A stretch of DNA of 64,000 nt from a virus (Duplodnaviria > Caudoviricetes), in IMG/VR virus record IMGVR_UViG_2974702911_000001, positions 12,076-76,075 of that record, one strand, 5' to 3'. Below, piece after piece: positions 1 through 10,094 of this stretch. A model generated the notes under the pieces. The model was not told the origin of the DNA. It did not search any database and saw only the letters and a list, made by a program, of their open reading frames with translations. Within the stretch, counting starts at the first letter, position 1, and each line of letters opens with the position of its first letter. The position numbers and the translations under genes were made by a program.

Positions 1-1
1 C

Positions 2-3000
2 GTTGCAGGGTCCCTTAACGGCAATCTGCGTACGGCGCTACGTGAGCTTGGGTCGGATCAGAACCAGGGATTCCTAGAGAACATCTTCGGCAACACGGCT
101 GAGGCTGGGAAGGTTTTCGATCAGGCGATTAAGCCGCTCCTAGATGGGATTCTGCGGCTTAGCTCGGTTGGGTCGGACTATCTGCCTCGCCTGTCGGATG
201 CTTTCGGCGATGTGATGCGGCGCTTTGACAACTTCATCACGCGCGCGGACGAGGACGGCAGTCTAGATCGGTGGATTGATCAGGGGCTTACGGCTCTGAC
301 GGAGCTTGGTAACACGCTTCTCAATATCGCTTCGATCATGAACACGGTGTCTGAGGCGTTTACGGGCGCTGGTGGCACGTCGGTCACGAAGTGGCTTGAG
401 GACAACACTAAGCGTCTTGCGGATTTCCTTAAGGGTCCTGAGGGTCAGCAGAAGTTGCGCGACATGTTCGCTAATGCGCGCGCGGAGTTCTCCAAGTGGG
501 AGCCGATTCTAAAGACGCTTCCGGGGATCATTAAGAACATCGCTACGGCGGCTCAGAACTGGGCTGACATTGTGATGCCGTTCCTGACGACGGTTGCTCC
601 GATCTTGCGGGATCATCCGGGCTTGGTTATGGCGATCTTCACGGCGTACATGTCGTGGAAAACGTTCATGCCGATCATCAAGGGCGTTAACACGCTGATT
701 GGTGCGGATACCGGCCTGGTGGGTGCGGCTAAGCGTGCTGGGCGGTCGATTGCGGCTGCGGACGGCCTGACGGGCAAGATGCGCGCGTTCGGTCAACTGA
801 TCGGTCCTGGTGGGCTGGTCATGGGTGGCCTGACTGTTCTGGCGGGGTTCCTGATCAACGATTGGGTTAACGCGCAGCAGACGGCAGCGGACGCGGTTCA
901 GCATCACGCGGACATGGTTGACCTGCTTAAGCAGAACTTGGATTCGCTGTCTGGGTCTATGACTCAGCAGGGCTTGATCAACACGATTAACGGTTTGAGT
1001 TCGTGGACGGACCCTCGCGGTAACCGGCGCGACATTCCGATGATCGCTAAGGACTTGGGCCTTACGGATCAGTTCACGCGGGCGGTCAATCCTACGGATC
1101 AGGCCGGGCGTAACCAGTTCTCGGGTTCGGTGCGCGAACAGCTTCGCCAGGAGCTTGGACCGAAGCTCAAGGAAACCGTTGACTCGGTTAACCATGAGCG
1201 GGATTCGCGCGGTGGCGATTCGACGGGCACTCCGGTTCTTACGGAAGATGCGTTCCTAGACGCTCTGTTGAGTGGTCCGCAGACGCGTACGGACTTCGCC
1301 AAGAAGTATTTCATGCGCGAGACGCTGGACGATTTCATTTTCGGCAGCAAGGGCGGTCCGCTCGGTATCGGTTCTACGTCGGGTCTGTCGGATAGGGCTA
1401 AGAACCTTATCTCGCTTAACGCGGCTACTAACGAGGCAGTGGACTCGGGTCTGGTCCAGGGTGACCTTAACCGGACGTTGGGTCTGTCATTGTCGGGGCA
1501 AAAGGCTGAGTTCCAGCCGAATAGTCCGTTCTCGCAGTTGGGTTCGCCTCGCGCGTTCTACAACATTAACCGCGACGGCGGTGCTGTCATTGAGGTTGAT
1601 ACGCCTCCGGACAAGCTGCCACCGGACCTTAAGGAAAAGCTCGGTGACTACAACATCACGCCTCTGGCTAACGGGTCGGGGTCGCACATTGTTGTTGACC
1701 CTGAGTTGGCTAAGCAGTTCTTGGTTCCGGCGTTCGCGTCGGGCGGCATGTTCCGTGGTCCCGGTAGTGGCACGTCGGATTCGATTCTGGCGCGGGTGTC
1801 TAACGGTGAGTTCATCACTCGGGCATCTGTGGTGGAGCGGAATCCTGAGCTATTCCATGCGTTGAATGCTGGTCTGATTGATCCGGCCATGCTGCCTGCG
1901 TTCGCGGGCGGTACGCCGTTCCCGCTGGACATTCCGGCGCTGCCGGGTGGGCCTACGGTCCCTCCGGGTTACACGGCGACGAATGGTCCGACGAACGGGT
2001 TCGTCCCGGCGATTGCGGGCGCTCCTACGGTTCCGTGGGATCAGTTCAATGCTGGCGGCGGCGGTGCTCAGGTGGTTGGTACGCCTAGCGTGAGTCAGTA
2101 CAAGACGTTCACGCCTCCGGCTCCGGCTCCTGCGGCTCCTAAGCCTGCTACGGCTCCTAAGCCTGCGGTTTCGTCGAGCGGGACTCCGCACCTTAGCGGT
2201 GCGGTTCCTGGTCCTACGCAGCACCTAACCGGCCCTAACGGGTCTCCGGTGCTGCCTGGTCCGTCTGTGGCTGGTGTGCCGGGTATCCCTGGTACGTCGA
2301 GCGGCAGCGCGGCGAATCCGACGCTGACGCCTAGTGCGAACGATCCAATGGGCCTTGCTGGGCTTCCGGATAACTTGCAGCCTGTCTCCATCTTGGAGCA
2401 GGCCGGGGAAATCCTGCTTAGCGCGGTTCTTGGGTTCTTTGGCATTGATCCGACGTACTTCAATATCGGTAAGAAAATCTTTACGGGACTTACTGGTAAG
2501 AGGGACGGTCAGGATAAGCAGCAGGGGGCGGTTCCGGGTGTAGACGGTCTGTTGGGGGTTAACCCTTATGACTACTACGGGATCGGTCAGCCGGGCACGG
2601 CTCAGCTTGTGCCTAACGCTAATAGCACTGACTACTTGGGCAGTATGTCGTCTGTGGCCTCGCAGTTTGGGCTTAGCCTGACTTCGGGAATGCGCGATGA
2701 GGCCGGTTCGCTTCACAGCACCGGTACGGCGGGCGATTTCTCTAACGGCAGTGGTAACACGCCGGAAATGGAAAAGTTCGCCAACTTCATGGCTGATAAC
2801 TATGCGCCGTACATCACGGAGCTTATCTATGACTCGCCTACGTTCAATAAGACCATCAAGGATGGCAAGGTCGTTGGCAAGTTTGGTGAGTTCTACACGA
2901 TGGCGCAGGCCGGTAATCACCAGAACCACGTTCACCTAGCGGTGGACATGCCTCCTATGCTGGCGCAACAGGCGTTCAACCAGTACCAGCAGCAGGCGGG

Positions 3001-4264
3001 CGTGGGCGGTGTGGCGGCTCCGGTCGGCGGCGGTGCGGCGGCTTGGCGTCCTAACGTGCAGCAGGCAGTGGCTAACGTCGCTGCTCAGTACGGGATCACT
3101 AACCAGGCTGCGGTTGTTGAGGACATTCTGGGGCAGATCGACTTTGAGTCTAAGGGTGACGCGGGAGCGCTTAACCCGAATGACTCGGACGGTCTACCGG
3201 CTATCGGGCTGGGGCAGTTCAAGCAGGGCACGTTCAACGCTCACAACATTACGGGCGGCAGCATCAACGACGGTAACGCTCAGATTTACGCGATGATCGA
3301 CTACTTGGCTTCGGGCAAGTACGGGATCATTCCGGGTGGCGGCGTTAACTGGAAGGGTGTTGGTTGGCGTAATGGGATGGGTTATGCGAATGGTGGTCTG
3401 CTAAGGGGTCCTGGGAACGGTACTTCGGATTCGATTCTGGCGCGCGTTAGCAATGGCGAGTTCATTACTAAGGCGTCGGTGGTTTCTCGTAATCCGGCTC
3501 TGTTCTCGGCGTTCAACTCGGGCGCTCTGGACCCGGCTATGTTCCCTGGTTTCGCGGACGGTACTCCGGTGCCGTTGCAGATCGCGGGTATGCAGCCTCA
3601 GACGCCTCAGCAGGCGGGTCCTCTGCCTCCACCAGCGGCTCCTATGGCGGGTCCTCCGGGACCTGACCCTCAGGCTCCACAGAGTCAGCCTCCGGTAACG
3701 GATACGGCGGCTCAGGCGCTCGGGGGTATCAGCCTTGGCGGTACTAGTGCGGCAGATGGCGCTCAGCCGGGCGCTGAGGGACCGGAAGGGGCTAACCCGG
3801 AGATTGACCCACGGTCGATTCTCGGTGCGGCTCCGGCGAACACGGACCACAACAACCCTGCTTTGTCTAAGGGCATTCAGGGTGCGTTTAGCACGGTGGG
3901 TTCGATTGCATCTATGGCGGCGGCGGCAGCAATGTCGGCGGGCACTATGGGCGCGGGCGCGGCTGCGGCTGGGCCTGCATCGTCTGGTATCCAGGCGGGC
4001 GCTCAGATGGCCGGTCAGGTCGCTACGGGTGCTCTCAATATCCTGTCGAGCTTGCTTGTTGGTACGGCTCCTGGTCAGACGGGCACGACGCAGAACGCGT
4101 ACGGCGCTCCTGTGCTACCTCAGGGTCCTCCGCAGAGTCAGCCACGCGGACCGGCTGTGGTGAACAACTACGGCGATATCCATACGGCTAACTACGAAGA
4201 GTTCCATAGGGGACAGCAGCGTAGGGAGGCGCAGACGCAGGCACCATTCCTGCCGATGCGATAA
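2..4264 (+). CDS. Tape measure protein (5'-truncated) with C-terminal peptidoglycan-hydrolase-like domains
   Basis: Frame is open from position 2 into the ORF called at 212; Ala/Gly-rich; twice-repeated GPGxGTSDSILARVSNGEF motif; SLT-like FES...GLGQF motif; precedes minor tail genes. Confidence 0.92.
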   Translation, partial: VAGSLNGNLRTALRELGSDQNQGFLENIFGNTAEAGKVFDQAIKPLLDGILRLSSVGSDYLPRLSDAFGDVMRRFDNFITRADEDGSLDRWIDQGLTALTELGNTLLNIASIMNTVSEAFTGAGGTSVTKWLEDNTKRLADFLKGPEGQQKLRDMFANARAEFSKWEPILKTLPGIIKNIATAAQNWADIVMPFLTTVAPILRDHPGLVMAIFTAYMSWKTFMPIIKGVNTLIGADTGLVGAAKRAGRSIAAADGLTGKMRAFGQLIGPGGLVMGGLTVLAGFLINDWVNAQQTAADAVQHHADMVDLLKQNLDSLSGSMTQQGLINTINGLSSWTDPRGNRRDIPMIAKDLGLTDQFTRAVNPTDQAGRNQFSGSVREQLRQELGPKLKETVDSVNHERDSRGGDSTGTPVLTEDAFLDALLSGPQTRTDFAKKYFMRETLDDFIFGSKGGPLGIGSTSGLSDRAKNLISLNAATNEAVDSGLVQGDLNRTLGLSLSGQKAEFQPNSPFSQLGSPRAFYNINRDGGAVIEVDTPPDKLPPDLKEKLGDYNITPLANGSGSHIVVDPELAKQFLVPAFASGGMFRGPGSGTSDSILARVSNGEFITRASVVERNPELFHALNAGLIDPAMLPAFAGGTPFPLDIPALPGGPTVPPGYTATNGPTNGFVPAIAGAPTVPWDQFNAGGGGAQVVGTPSVSQYKTFTPPAPAPAAPKPATAPKPAVSSSGTPHLSGAVPGPTQHLTGPNGSPVLPGPSVAGVPGIPGTSSGSAANPTLTPSANDPMGLAGLPDNLQPVSILEQAGEILLSAVLGFFGIDPTYFNIGKKIFTGLTGKRDGQDKQQGAVPGVDGLLGVNPYDYYGIGQPGTAQLVPNANSTDYLGSMSSVASQFGLSLTSGMRDEAGSLHSTGTAGDFSNGSGNTPEMEKFANFMADNYAPYITELIYDSPTFNKTIKDGKVVGKFGEFYTMAQAGNHQNHVHLAVDMPPMLAQQAFNQYQQQAGVGGVAAPVGGGAAAWRPNVQQAVANVAAQYGITNQAAVVEDILGQIDFESKGDAGALNPNDSDGLPAIGLGQFKQGTFNAHNITGGSINDGNAQIYAMIDYLASGKYGIIPGGGVNWKGVGWRNGMGYANGGLLRGPGNGTSDSILARVSNGEFITKASVVSRNPALFSAFNSGALDPAMFPGFADGTPVPLQIAGMQPQTPQQAGPLPPPAAPMAGPPGPDPQAPQSQPPVTDTAAQALGGISLGGTSAADGAQPGAEGPEGANPEIDPRSILGAAPANTDHNNPALSKGIQGAFSTVGSIASMAAAAAMSAGTMGAGAAAAGPASSGIQAGAQMAGQVATGALNILSSLLVGTAPGQTGTTQNAYGAPVLPQGPPQSQPRGPAVVNNYGDIHTANYEEFHRGQQRREAQTQAPFLPMR

Positions 4265-4284
4265 CTAAATACGGAAACGCGGTT

Positions 4285-4331
4285 AGGCCGCTCGGTTAAG
4301 GGTTCCAATCCTTTGGCCGGGCGGCCTTTCC
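4285..4331 (+). terminator. Long hairpin after tape measure gene
   Basis: aggccgctcggttaaggg / cctttggccgggcggcct inverted repeat followed by a short T run. Confidence 0.55.
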
Positions 4332-4352
4332 CGTTAGAAAGACAACTGAATA

Positions 4353-5243
4353 GTGACCGATTTTCTCAAGATTGAATTGAAGGGTCGGGACGGTTCGCTT
4401 TGGAATCTATCGGGTCCCGGCATGGGCGCGCAGGGTGTGACGCTTTCGCCTGGTGCGTTGGAGAACTTCTACGACGCTCCGGTTAAGACGCTTTACGTCC
4501 CTGGTCCGTTCGGTGAGGAATACGCCGGTAAGCGCGCGCAGCGCCGCGAGATTGTGTTTACGGTCCAGGCGTTCGACGGCGAGGCCGAAACGTGGTCAAC
4601 CATCGACTCTAAGTGGCGGTGGGCGTGGGATTACGACGAGGAATCTGAGCTAAGGGTTACGACGGCTGACGGTACTCGGTACCTGAGGGTGCGCCTGATG
4701 GAAGCGCCTAAGCCTTACTACGAGAAGGACCCGCATATCACTGCGGATAACCCAATCGTGATGACTGTGACCGCTACGTTCCCTTATTGGCGGGAAACCG
4801 CTAAGGAATACAAGTGGTCAACCCTGCAAACGCAGGACATGACGACTTTTGACATTTTCAACTTCGGCGATGTGCCGATCTTTTTGCGGTGGTTCGTTAC
4901 CGCTCCTGGTCTGTGGATTCTCCCGGACTTCTCTTGGGGCAACGACATGTACTCGCGCGGCCTTGAGGATCAGGGCCGCACCATTCCTCTGCCTGAACTG
5001 GTGGAGAACGAGCACTGTTCGGTGGACTCGGACCCTCGCGTTCAGACGATCATTGCGGTTAACGGCTCCCCGGTGCAGCACCGCTGGAAGGGCAACGACC
5101 TGCTTTACCCGCTGATGCCGGGTAAGGGCGGGAAGGTCCCGGTTCGGCTTAAGAATGCTCCGCAGGGTGGCGCTATCAAGCTGACGCAGGAGCGTTGGCA
5201 TTCGCGGCCTTGGTCGCGGCCAGGGGTGTTGCCTAATGGCTAA
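4353..5243 (+). CDS. Minor tail protein (distal tail, Dit-like)
   Basis: First gene after TMP; typical mycobacteriophage motifs (PGPFGEEY, LWILPDFSW). Confidence 0.85.
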   Translation: MTDFLKIELKGRDGSLWNLSGPGMGAQGVTLSPGALENFYDAPVKTLYVPGPFGEEYAGKRAQRREIVFTVQAFDGEAETWSTIDSKWRWAWDYDEESELRVTTADGTRYLRVRLMEAPKPYYEKDPHITADNPIVMTVTATFPYWRETAKEYKWSTLQTQDMTTFDIFNFGDVPIFLRWFVTAPGLWILPDFSWGNDMYSRGLEDQGRTIPLPELVENEHCSVDSDPRVQTIIAVNGSPVQHRWKGNDLLYPLMPGKGGKVPVRLKNAPQGGAIKLTQERWHSRPWSRPGVLPNG

Positions 5244-6999
5244 TACCGACTGGCAGAGCATCTTGGCGGCGGCTGACGGCGACGAGTGGGCGGCGTTTAG
5301 CTCGCTTGAGGATCAGGCGCAGACGGTGCGTGATCAGCACGCGGGCATCCGGCGCGCTAAGCCGCTAATCCGACTTTGGATGAACAACCCGGACGGTGAT
5401 GCGGGCCTGGTCTACGTGGGCCGCGTCGATTACGACGACACCATTAACGGCAGCTTCCCGTTCAAGAACAACACGCCGTCTCAGGGCATTTTGAACCTTC
5501 GGGATGATCACTACTTGGCGGTGTGGCTTAAGCGGCTGCCTAACGATCCGGCGCTTAAGAAGAACGTCGTTATTACGGTGGACTTCTACGGCGGTAAGAA
5601 GCGGTGGAGTGGGCTTCTAGATCACTGGAAGATTGTCACTAAGGAACACGTTAAGCAGCTTGAAGTTACGTTTAACGATGACCTGACGTTCTTGCAGTAC
5701 CTTTTGTGTCCTCCTAACCCGTTCTTACCAATCCCGGTCCTGCAATTTCCGCGCATTTTCGGGCTGGCTGGCCCGGCAAAATGGACGATTAGCGTCCTAA
5801 TCCTGATCAACCTAATGCGTGTCCAGGGGAACTGGTGGAACCTGCCGGATGACCCCTTTGACCTTGAGTCTTGGGACGACGCGTTTGACTGGTCGGATTG
5901 GCAGTGCTTCGTTAAGGCCAATTCGTTCCTACTAGACGATTCGTCGCTGTGGACTTTCGTGTCCTCGCGTATGAATCCGATTGACTCGGTTATTGCCGAT
6001 TCGCTGGACGACGCGCAGCTTACGATCACGTACCGGCGCATCCTGACGGATGACGGCGAGGTTAGCGATATTCCGGGTGTTCCTAACCCTAAGAATGGCG
6101 CTCTCGTCTTTGAGGTTGTCGATAACTCTAACGCTACGGCGCTTGAGGGGACCTTCTTTGAGGGGACCATCGTTGACGGCTTCGCGCGGTCGGTGCTGGT
6201 GTACGGCGGCGGCTTTGTTGAGGACACGCTGAGCACGGTTGGCGACGACCAGACGTTGCAGCCTGACGAGTATTACCAGTCGGGATTCCTAGCGACTATG
6301 GCGAAGATGCCGTGGCTGGTGGTCCGAGATAACGAGTGGACGCCTATTGAGTCGTCTGATCTGAGTTGGGGACCGGCTAAGAACGTTAGCGTTGTGGTCG
6401 GTGGCGATAACCCGGCTGCGGATGCTATCGCTAAGCTGATCATCACCACCACTGGAAATTTGCTGGGTTATTTCTTGCTCGGCGGCTTCTCTAGTGCCGG
6501 TGATATCGCAGCGGACATAATCATGCCGTTTATCGTCGGCACGATTGCAGCGTGGCTGTACTGGAAAAACACCGGTCGAGCTACGCAATTGGGGTGGGTC
6601 CACTACTGGGAGCTTTACCAGCAAGGCGCGGAGTCTAACTCCTGGTCGCTAGCGGCCCTTGCAGCTTTGCGAGGCGGGTTCCTGGTTGGGCGTGCGGAGA
6701 CCGTTCACACGATGGCTCTGCATGACTCTTGGATCATTCCGGGTCTGCATATCGACATTGGTCAGCGCATGGGATCGACGGTCAACTCTAAGGGCGTCGA
6801 GCAGATCATCTGGGTTAACCAGCTTGAGGAAATGACGGCGGCTTGGGATCACTCGGGCGGCGGTGAAATGCCGCTTAGCTGGGTGCTTAAGGCCGGTAAG
6901 TCTGATCGCGCTATGAGCATGGGCGAGCGTATGGCTCGTTTGACGAAAAAGATGAGTGAAGCTCTCAACAACGTTGGTGTCCAACTGGTTGCGAGCTAA
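5236..6999 (+). CDS. Minor tail protein (L5 gp28-like baseplate/Tal family)
   Basis: Synteny, 587 aa, QYLLCPPNPFLP...QFPR motif. Confidence 0.85.
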   Translation: MANTDWQSILAAADGDEWAAFSSLEDQAQTVRDQHAGIRRAKPLIRLWMNNPDGDAGLVYVGRVDYDDTINGSFPFKNNTPSQGILNLRDDHYLAVWLKRLPNDPALKKNVVITVDFYGGKKRWSGLLDHWKIVTKEHVKQLEVTFNDDLTFLQYLLCPPNPFLPIPVLQFPRIFGLAGPAKWTISVLILINLMRVQGNWWNLPDDPFDLESWDDAFDWSDWQCFVKANSFLLDDSSLWTFVSSRMNPIDSVIADSLDDAQLTITYRRILTDDGEVSDIPGVPNPKNGALVFEVVDNSNATALEGTFFEGTIVDGFARSVLVYGGGFVEDTLSTVGDDQTLQPDEYYQSGFLATMAKMPWLVVRDNEWTPIESSDLSWGPAKNVSVVVGGDNPAADAIAKLIITTTGNLLGYFLLGGFSSAGDIAADIIMPFIVGTIAAWLYWKNTGRATQLGWVHYWELYQQGAESNSWSLAALAALRGGFLVGRAETVHTMALHDSWIIPGLHIDIGQRMGSTVNSKGVEQIIWVNQLEEMTAAWDHSGGGEMPLSWVLKAGKSDRAMSMGERMARLTKKMSEALNNVGVQLVAS

Positions 7000-7122
7000 G
7001 GGACAAACACCCGCGTACCTACTGACGTGGGCAGCCCATATAAGTGCTGCCGTAAATCGAGTCCGGGTTATCAGCCACGCCGAGGGGCGTAAAGGCGTGG
7101 CACCAAACTTTAAGGGGTAATT

Positions 7123-7572
7123 GTGGCTAAGACGCAAGCGGAGTCCAATCTGGACGATCCGAAGGAAATGTTCGCGTGGATGTTTGCGGCGGGTGTCCCT
7201 GACCCAAGGGATACGGACGGCAAGTTTCCCAACCAGCCGCTTATCCCGCCGATGTGTTTCCCGGCGCTGAGCGAAATGCTTTACAAGATGGGCGCGCGGT
7301 TCCACCCGGAATTGCAGACGGTGTGGGTTAAGCCGGGTGTGGGTCCGGAGCGGAATTTCCAGGCTAACGGCACGACGGACATTAAGCCTGAGGACATTGA
7401 GGGCGATGTGGCCGAAATGTTGGCCGATCAGTTCCCGGAAATCGCGCAGAAGATTCGGGAAGTTACTCCGGCTACTCACCAGGCCGCGCTTGAGCAGACC
7501 AGTAAGGAACTGCTCGCCAACCTGGCTGAGCTTAAGAAGGCGCGCGCGCAAATGGAGGGAGGTAGCGCCTAA
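7123..7572 (+). CDS. Minor tail protein (DUF2744-like)
   Basis: DPKEMFAWMF and GARFHPELQ motifs; position in tail module. Confidence 0.75.
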   Translation: MAKTQAESNLDDPKEMFAWMFAAGVPDPRDTDGKFPNQPLIPPMCFPALSEMLYKMGARFHPELQTVWVKPGVGPERNFQANGTTDIKPEDIEGDVAEMLADQFPEIAQKIREVTPATHQAALEQTSKELLANLAELKKARAQMEGGSA

Positions 7573-10085
7573 TGGGTGCCAGTCTCCCTAATGGTCAGGC
7601 CGGGCTTGACCCCGGCGCTTGGCTCGCTCATTGGATGCTTACCAATGACCTGTCCAAGCTGGCTAACCGCACAGAGGAAGAGGTACGCGAGTATTTCGCC
7701 GCTCAGGTGCAGCAGGACGGCGGGTGGAACGACGCTTCGACCACGTTCTTTCAACTGATCCTTGGCGGCTTTCAGAGCCTTGGCGAGTTCTCTTCCCTGA
7801 TCGTTCAGGCGATTACGGGGGAGCCGGGCGCGCTAACGGACCTTAGCGCTTTCCTTAACGAGCGCTGGGCCGATCTGGCGGCGGCATTCGGCGCTATTGG
7901 CGACTTGATCGACGCGATTGCGGGCGAGGCTGGCTCGTCGCTGGCTGATGCGATTGAGAAGCTGGCGACCTACCTGACGGAGGCGTCCCCGCTTAACGCT
8001 CTTAACCTGTTCGGCCAGATCGCGCCGGGCAACATTGGTCAGGTCGGCTTGGGCGCTATCGGCAACGTGTCACCGGAGTTGCTTGACAACGGCGGCATGA
8101 ATAGCGCGATTTCGGTCAAGAACAACCCGGACTTTGTGTGGGACGGCACGGTGGGCCGGTCCAACGTGGGGTCGGCTAAGACGACCGCTAACGGGACGAT
8201 TAAGACGCTGCGCTCCAACACGGTGGGTGTCACGCAGGACGAGGAACTGGCCGTGTCGGTGTGGGCCAGGTACACGGGCGTCACGGCGACGGCGGGCCAG
8301 GACGGCATCCGCATGTCGGTGTCGGCCTACGCGGACCCAGGCGGTGATGGCGTCCTGTCGCTCGTCAGCACGACGATGCTGGGTGGCGTTGAGTCTCCTA
8401 CGGGTGATTCGGCGGGCTGGGTTCAATTTGTAGACACGTACGAGGTTCCGGCAGGGGTTGACTACGTGGTGGTCGAATTGACCGTCACAAGCGCTGTGAG
8501 CGCCGGAACGGTCTGGTTCGATGACGCGTCCCTGAAAAAGAACGCGAACTTCCGCATGGAGTGGGTTAGCGGTCTGCTGTCTCGGTTCAACCAAGTCACC
8601 GCTGAGCTTGAGGACGCCATTAGTCAGGTGTTGCACCTTGAAGAGTGGCAGGACTTTCTAGATCAGGTTAAGGGCGGCGTCGGCGGGACGATTAACGACC
8701 TGCTTAGCAAGATTCAGTGGCTCACTGGCGGCGGTCTGTTCGATGCGTCGAAGCTAACGAACGCTAGCAACGTTGTGGAGCTTCCGGGTACCAAGGTGAC
8801 CGGCATTGCGACGAACATCGTCGAGGACTTCCAGAACAACATTGACGCGCTGGTGAACCGGCTGTTCGGCAGCAATAACTCAAACCAGACGCTAGCGGAC
8901 GCTAACGAGGCGCTTAAGTCGCTTAAAGAGACTGTTATGGGCCTGTCGCAGGACGTGCAGGACTTGAAGATTCAGACGACCGGCAATAACAACTCGGGTA
9001 AGAACTACCGGGTTGATTTCACTAAGCTGCCTCCGTCGTCGGACTTTTCGACGGCTCCGTTCGATCTGACGTATCTCAACAGCACCGGCCATCTGCGGAT
9101 TAACGGACAGGCTGAGTGGGTCGAGGGCAGCGGCGCGGACAACTATGTGCTGGCTCGCTATACGGGCGGTGTCACGGATACCGACTACCAGTTGATTCAA
9201 GCGACGGTGGCCGGGCCTCCGGAAGTGGGCGCGACTAACTGGGCGTGCGCGCGCATGAGCGCCGACAAGGGCACGTTCGTCTATGCCAAGGGCTACCGGG
9301 CGGGCGCGTTTGGCTTGGGCTTCTACGCGGAGCTTGGCTGCTATGTGGGCGGCGTTCCGCACGTCTTTCTGACGAATATCCCGGCGACGTACAACTACAA
9401 CCTTTCGGTCCGCGTGGGTATCTCAGGTAACCCTTACCGGTTCCAGGTGCTAAGCGGCTCTAAGGTCGTGGCCGATTACACGGACACGACGCATGTAAGC
9501 CAGATGGGCGCGAGCTATCGCGGCTGGGGCTTCATGTCCACGACGGGTAACTCCGGCTCGGCGTCTCCGGCTCCGGCTGCTTTCGTCGGGTGCTCGGATA
9601 ACGCTCCGGTGGCAGTGATTGGTACCACGATGCGCGCGTACCGGTCGGTGACTACTAACGTCACGCCGTCTACGGGTGATGTGGTCCTGCCTGCTAACAC
9701 GTTCGATGTTGTCGATTACAAGAGCGACGACTTGGTGTGGAATCCGGCGACTAACGCGGTAATGGTCACTAAGGACGGTACCTACATCTGCACGATGCGT
9801 CTTGAGTACGACAACGTTGCAGGCATGGGCGCTACCGACTGGCATTCCATTTGGTACGTCAACGGTGTCAATAAGGCGATTGGTAAGCCAACTAAGTCGG
9901 TGGCGATTAACGGTTTCGGTGTCCCGGCCACGTCGTTGGACTCGGGTATCGGCGGCGATCCGTTCATCTATTACCTCAAGGCGGGAGACATTCTCCAATT
10001 GGGCATGGGTTCGTCTGGTTCAACTCAGATCAAGGGTGAGAGCACCGGTAAGTGGACGTACTTCACGGTAACTAAAATGGGCTAA
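7572..10085 (+). CDS. Large minor tail protein with carbohydrate-binding-like domain
   Basis: 837 aa; WFDDASL motif of mycobacteriophage tail CBM-like domain; beta-rich C terminus. Confidence 0.8.
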   Translation: MGASLPNGQAGLDPGAWLAHWMLTNDLSKLANRTEEEVREYFAAQVQQDGGWNDASTTFFQLILGGFQSLGEFSSLIVQAITGEPGALTDLSAFLNERWADLAAAFGAIGDLIDAIAGEAGSSLADAIEKLATYLTEASPLNALNLFGQIAPGNIGQVGLGAIGNVSPELLDNGGMNSAISVKNNPDFVWDGTVGRSNVGSAKTTANGTIKTLRSNTVGVTQDEELAVSVWARYTGVTATAGQDGIRMSVSAYADPGGDGVLSLVSTTMLGGVESPTGDSAGWVQFVDTYEVPAGVDYVVVELTVTSAVSAGTVWFDDASLKKNANFRMEWVSGLLSRFNQVTAELEDAISQVLHLEEWQDFLDQVKGGVGGTINDLLSKIQWLTGGGLFDASKLTNASNVVELPGTKVTGIATNIVEDFQNNIDALVNRLFGSNNSNQTLADANEALKSLKETVMGLSQDVQDLKIQTTGNNNSGKNYRVDFTKLPPSSDFSTAPFDLTYLNSTGHLRINGQAEWVEGSGADNYVLARYTGGVTDTDYQLIQATVAGPPEVGATNWACARMSADKGTFVYAKGYRAGAFGLGFYAELGCYVGGVPHVFLTNIPATYNYNLSVRVGISGNPYRFQVLSGSKVVADYTDTTHVSQMGASYRGWGFMSTTGNSGSASPAPAAFVGCSDNAPVAVIGTTMRAYRSVTTNVTPSTGDVVLPANTFDVVDYKSDDLVWNPATNAVMVTKDGTYICTMRLEYDNVAGMGATDWHSIWYVNGVNKAIGKPTKSVAINGFGVPATSLDSGIGGDPFIYYLKAGDILQLGMGSSGSTQIKGESTGKWTYFTVTKMG

Positions 10086-10094
10086 GGGGGGCTT

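Noticed and set aside
7020-7060. Hammerhead ribozyme (ctgacg...stem...gtaaa)
   Set aside because: Core CUGANGA and GAAA are not matched
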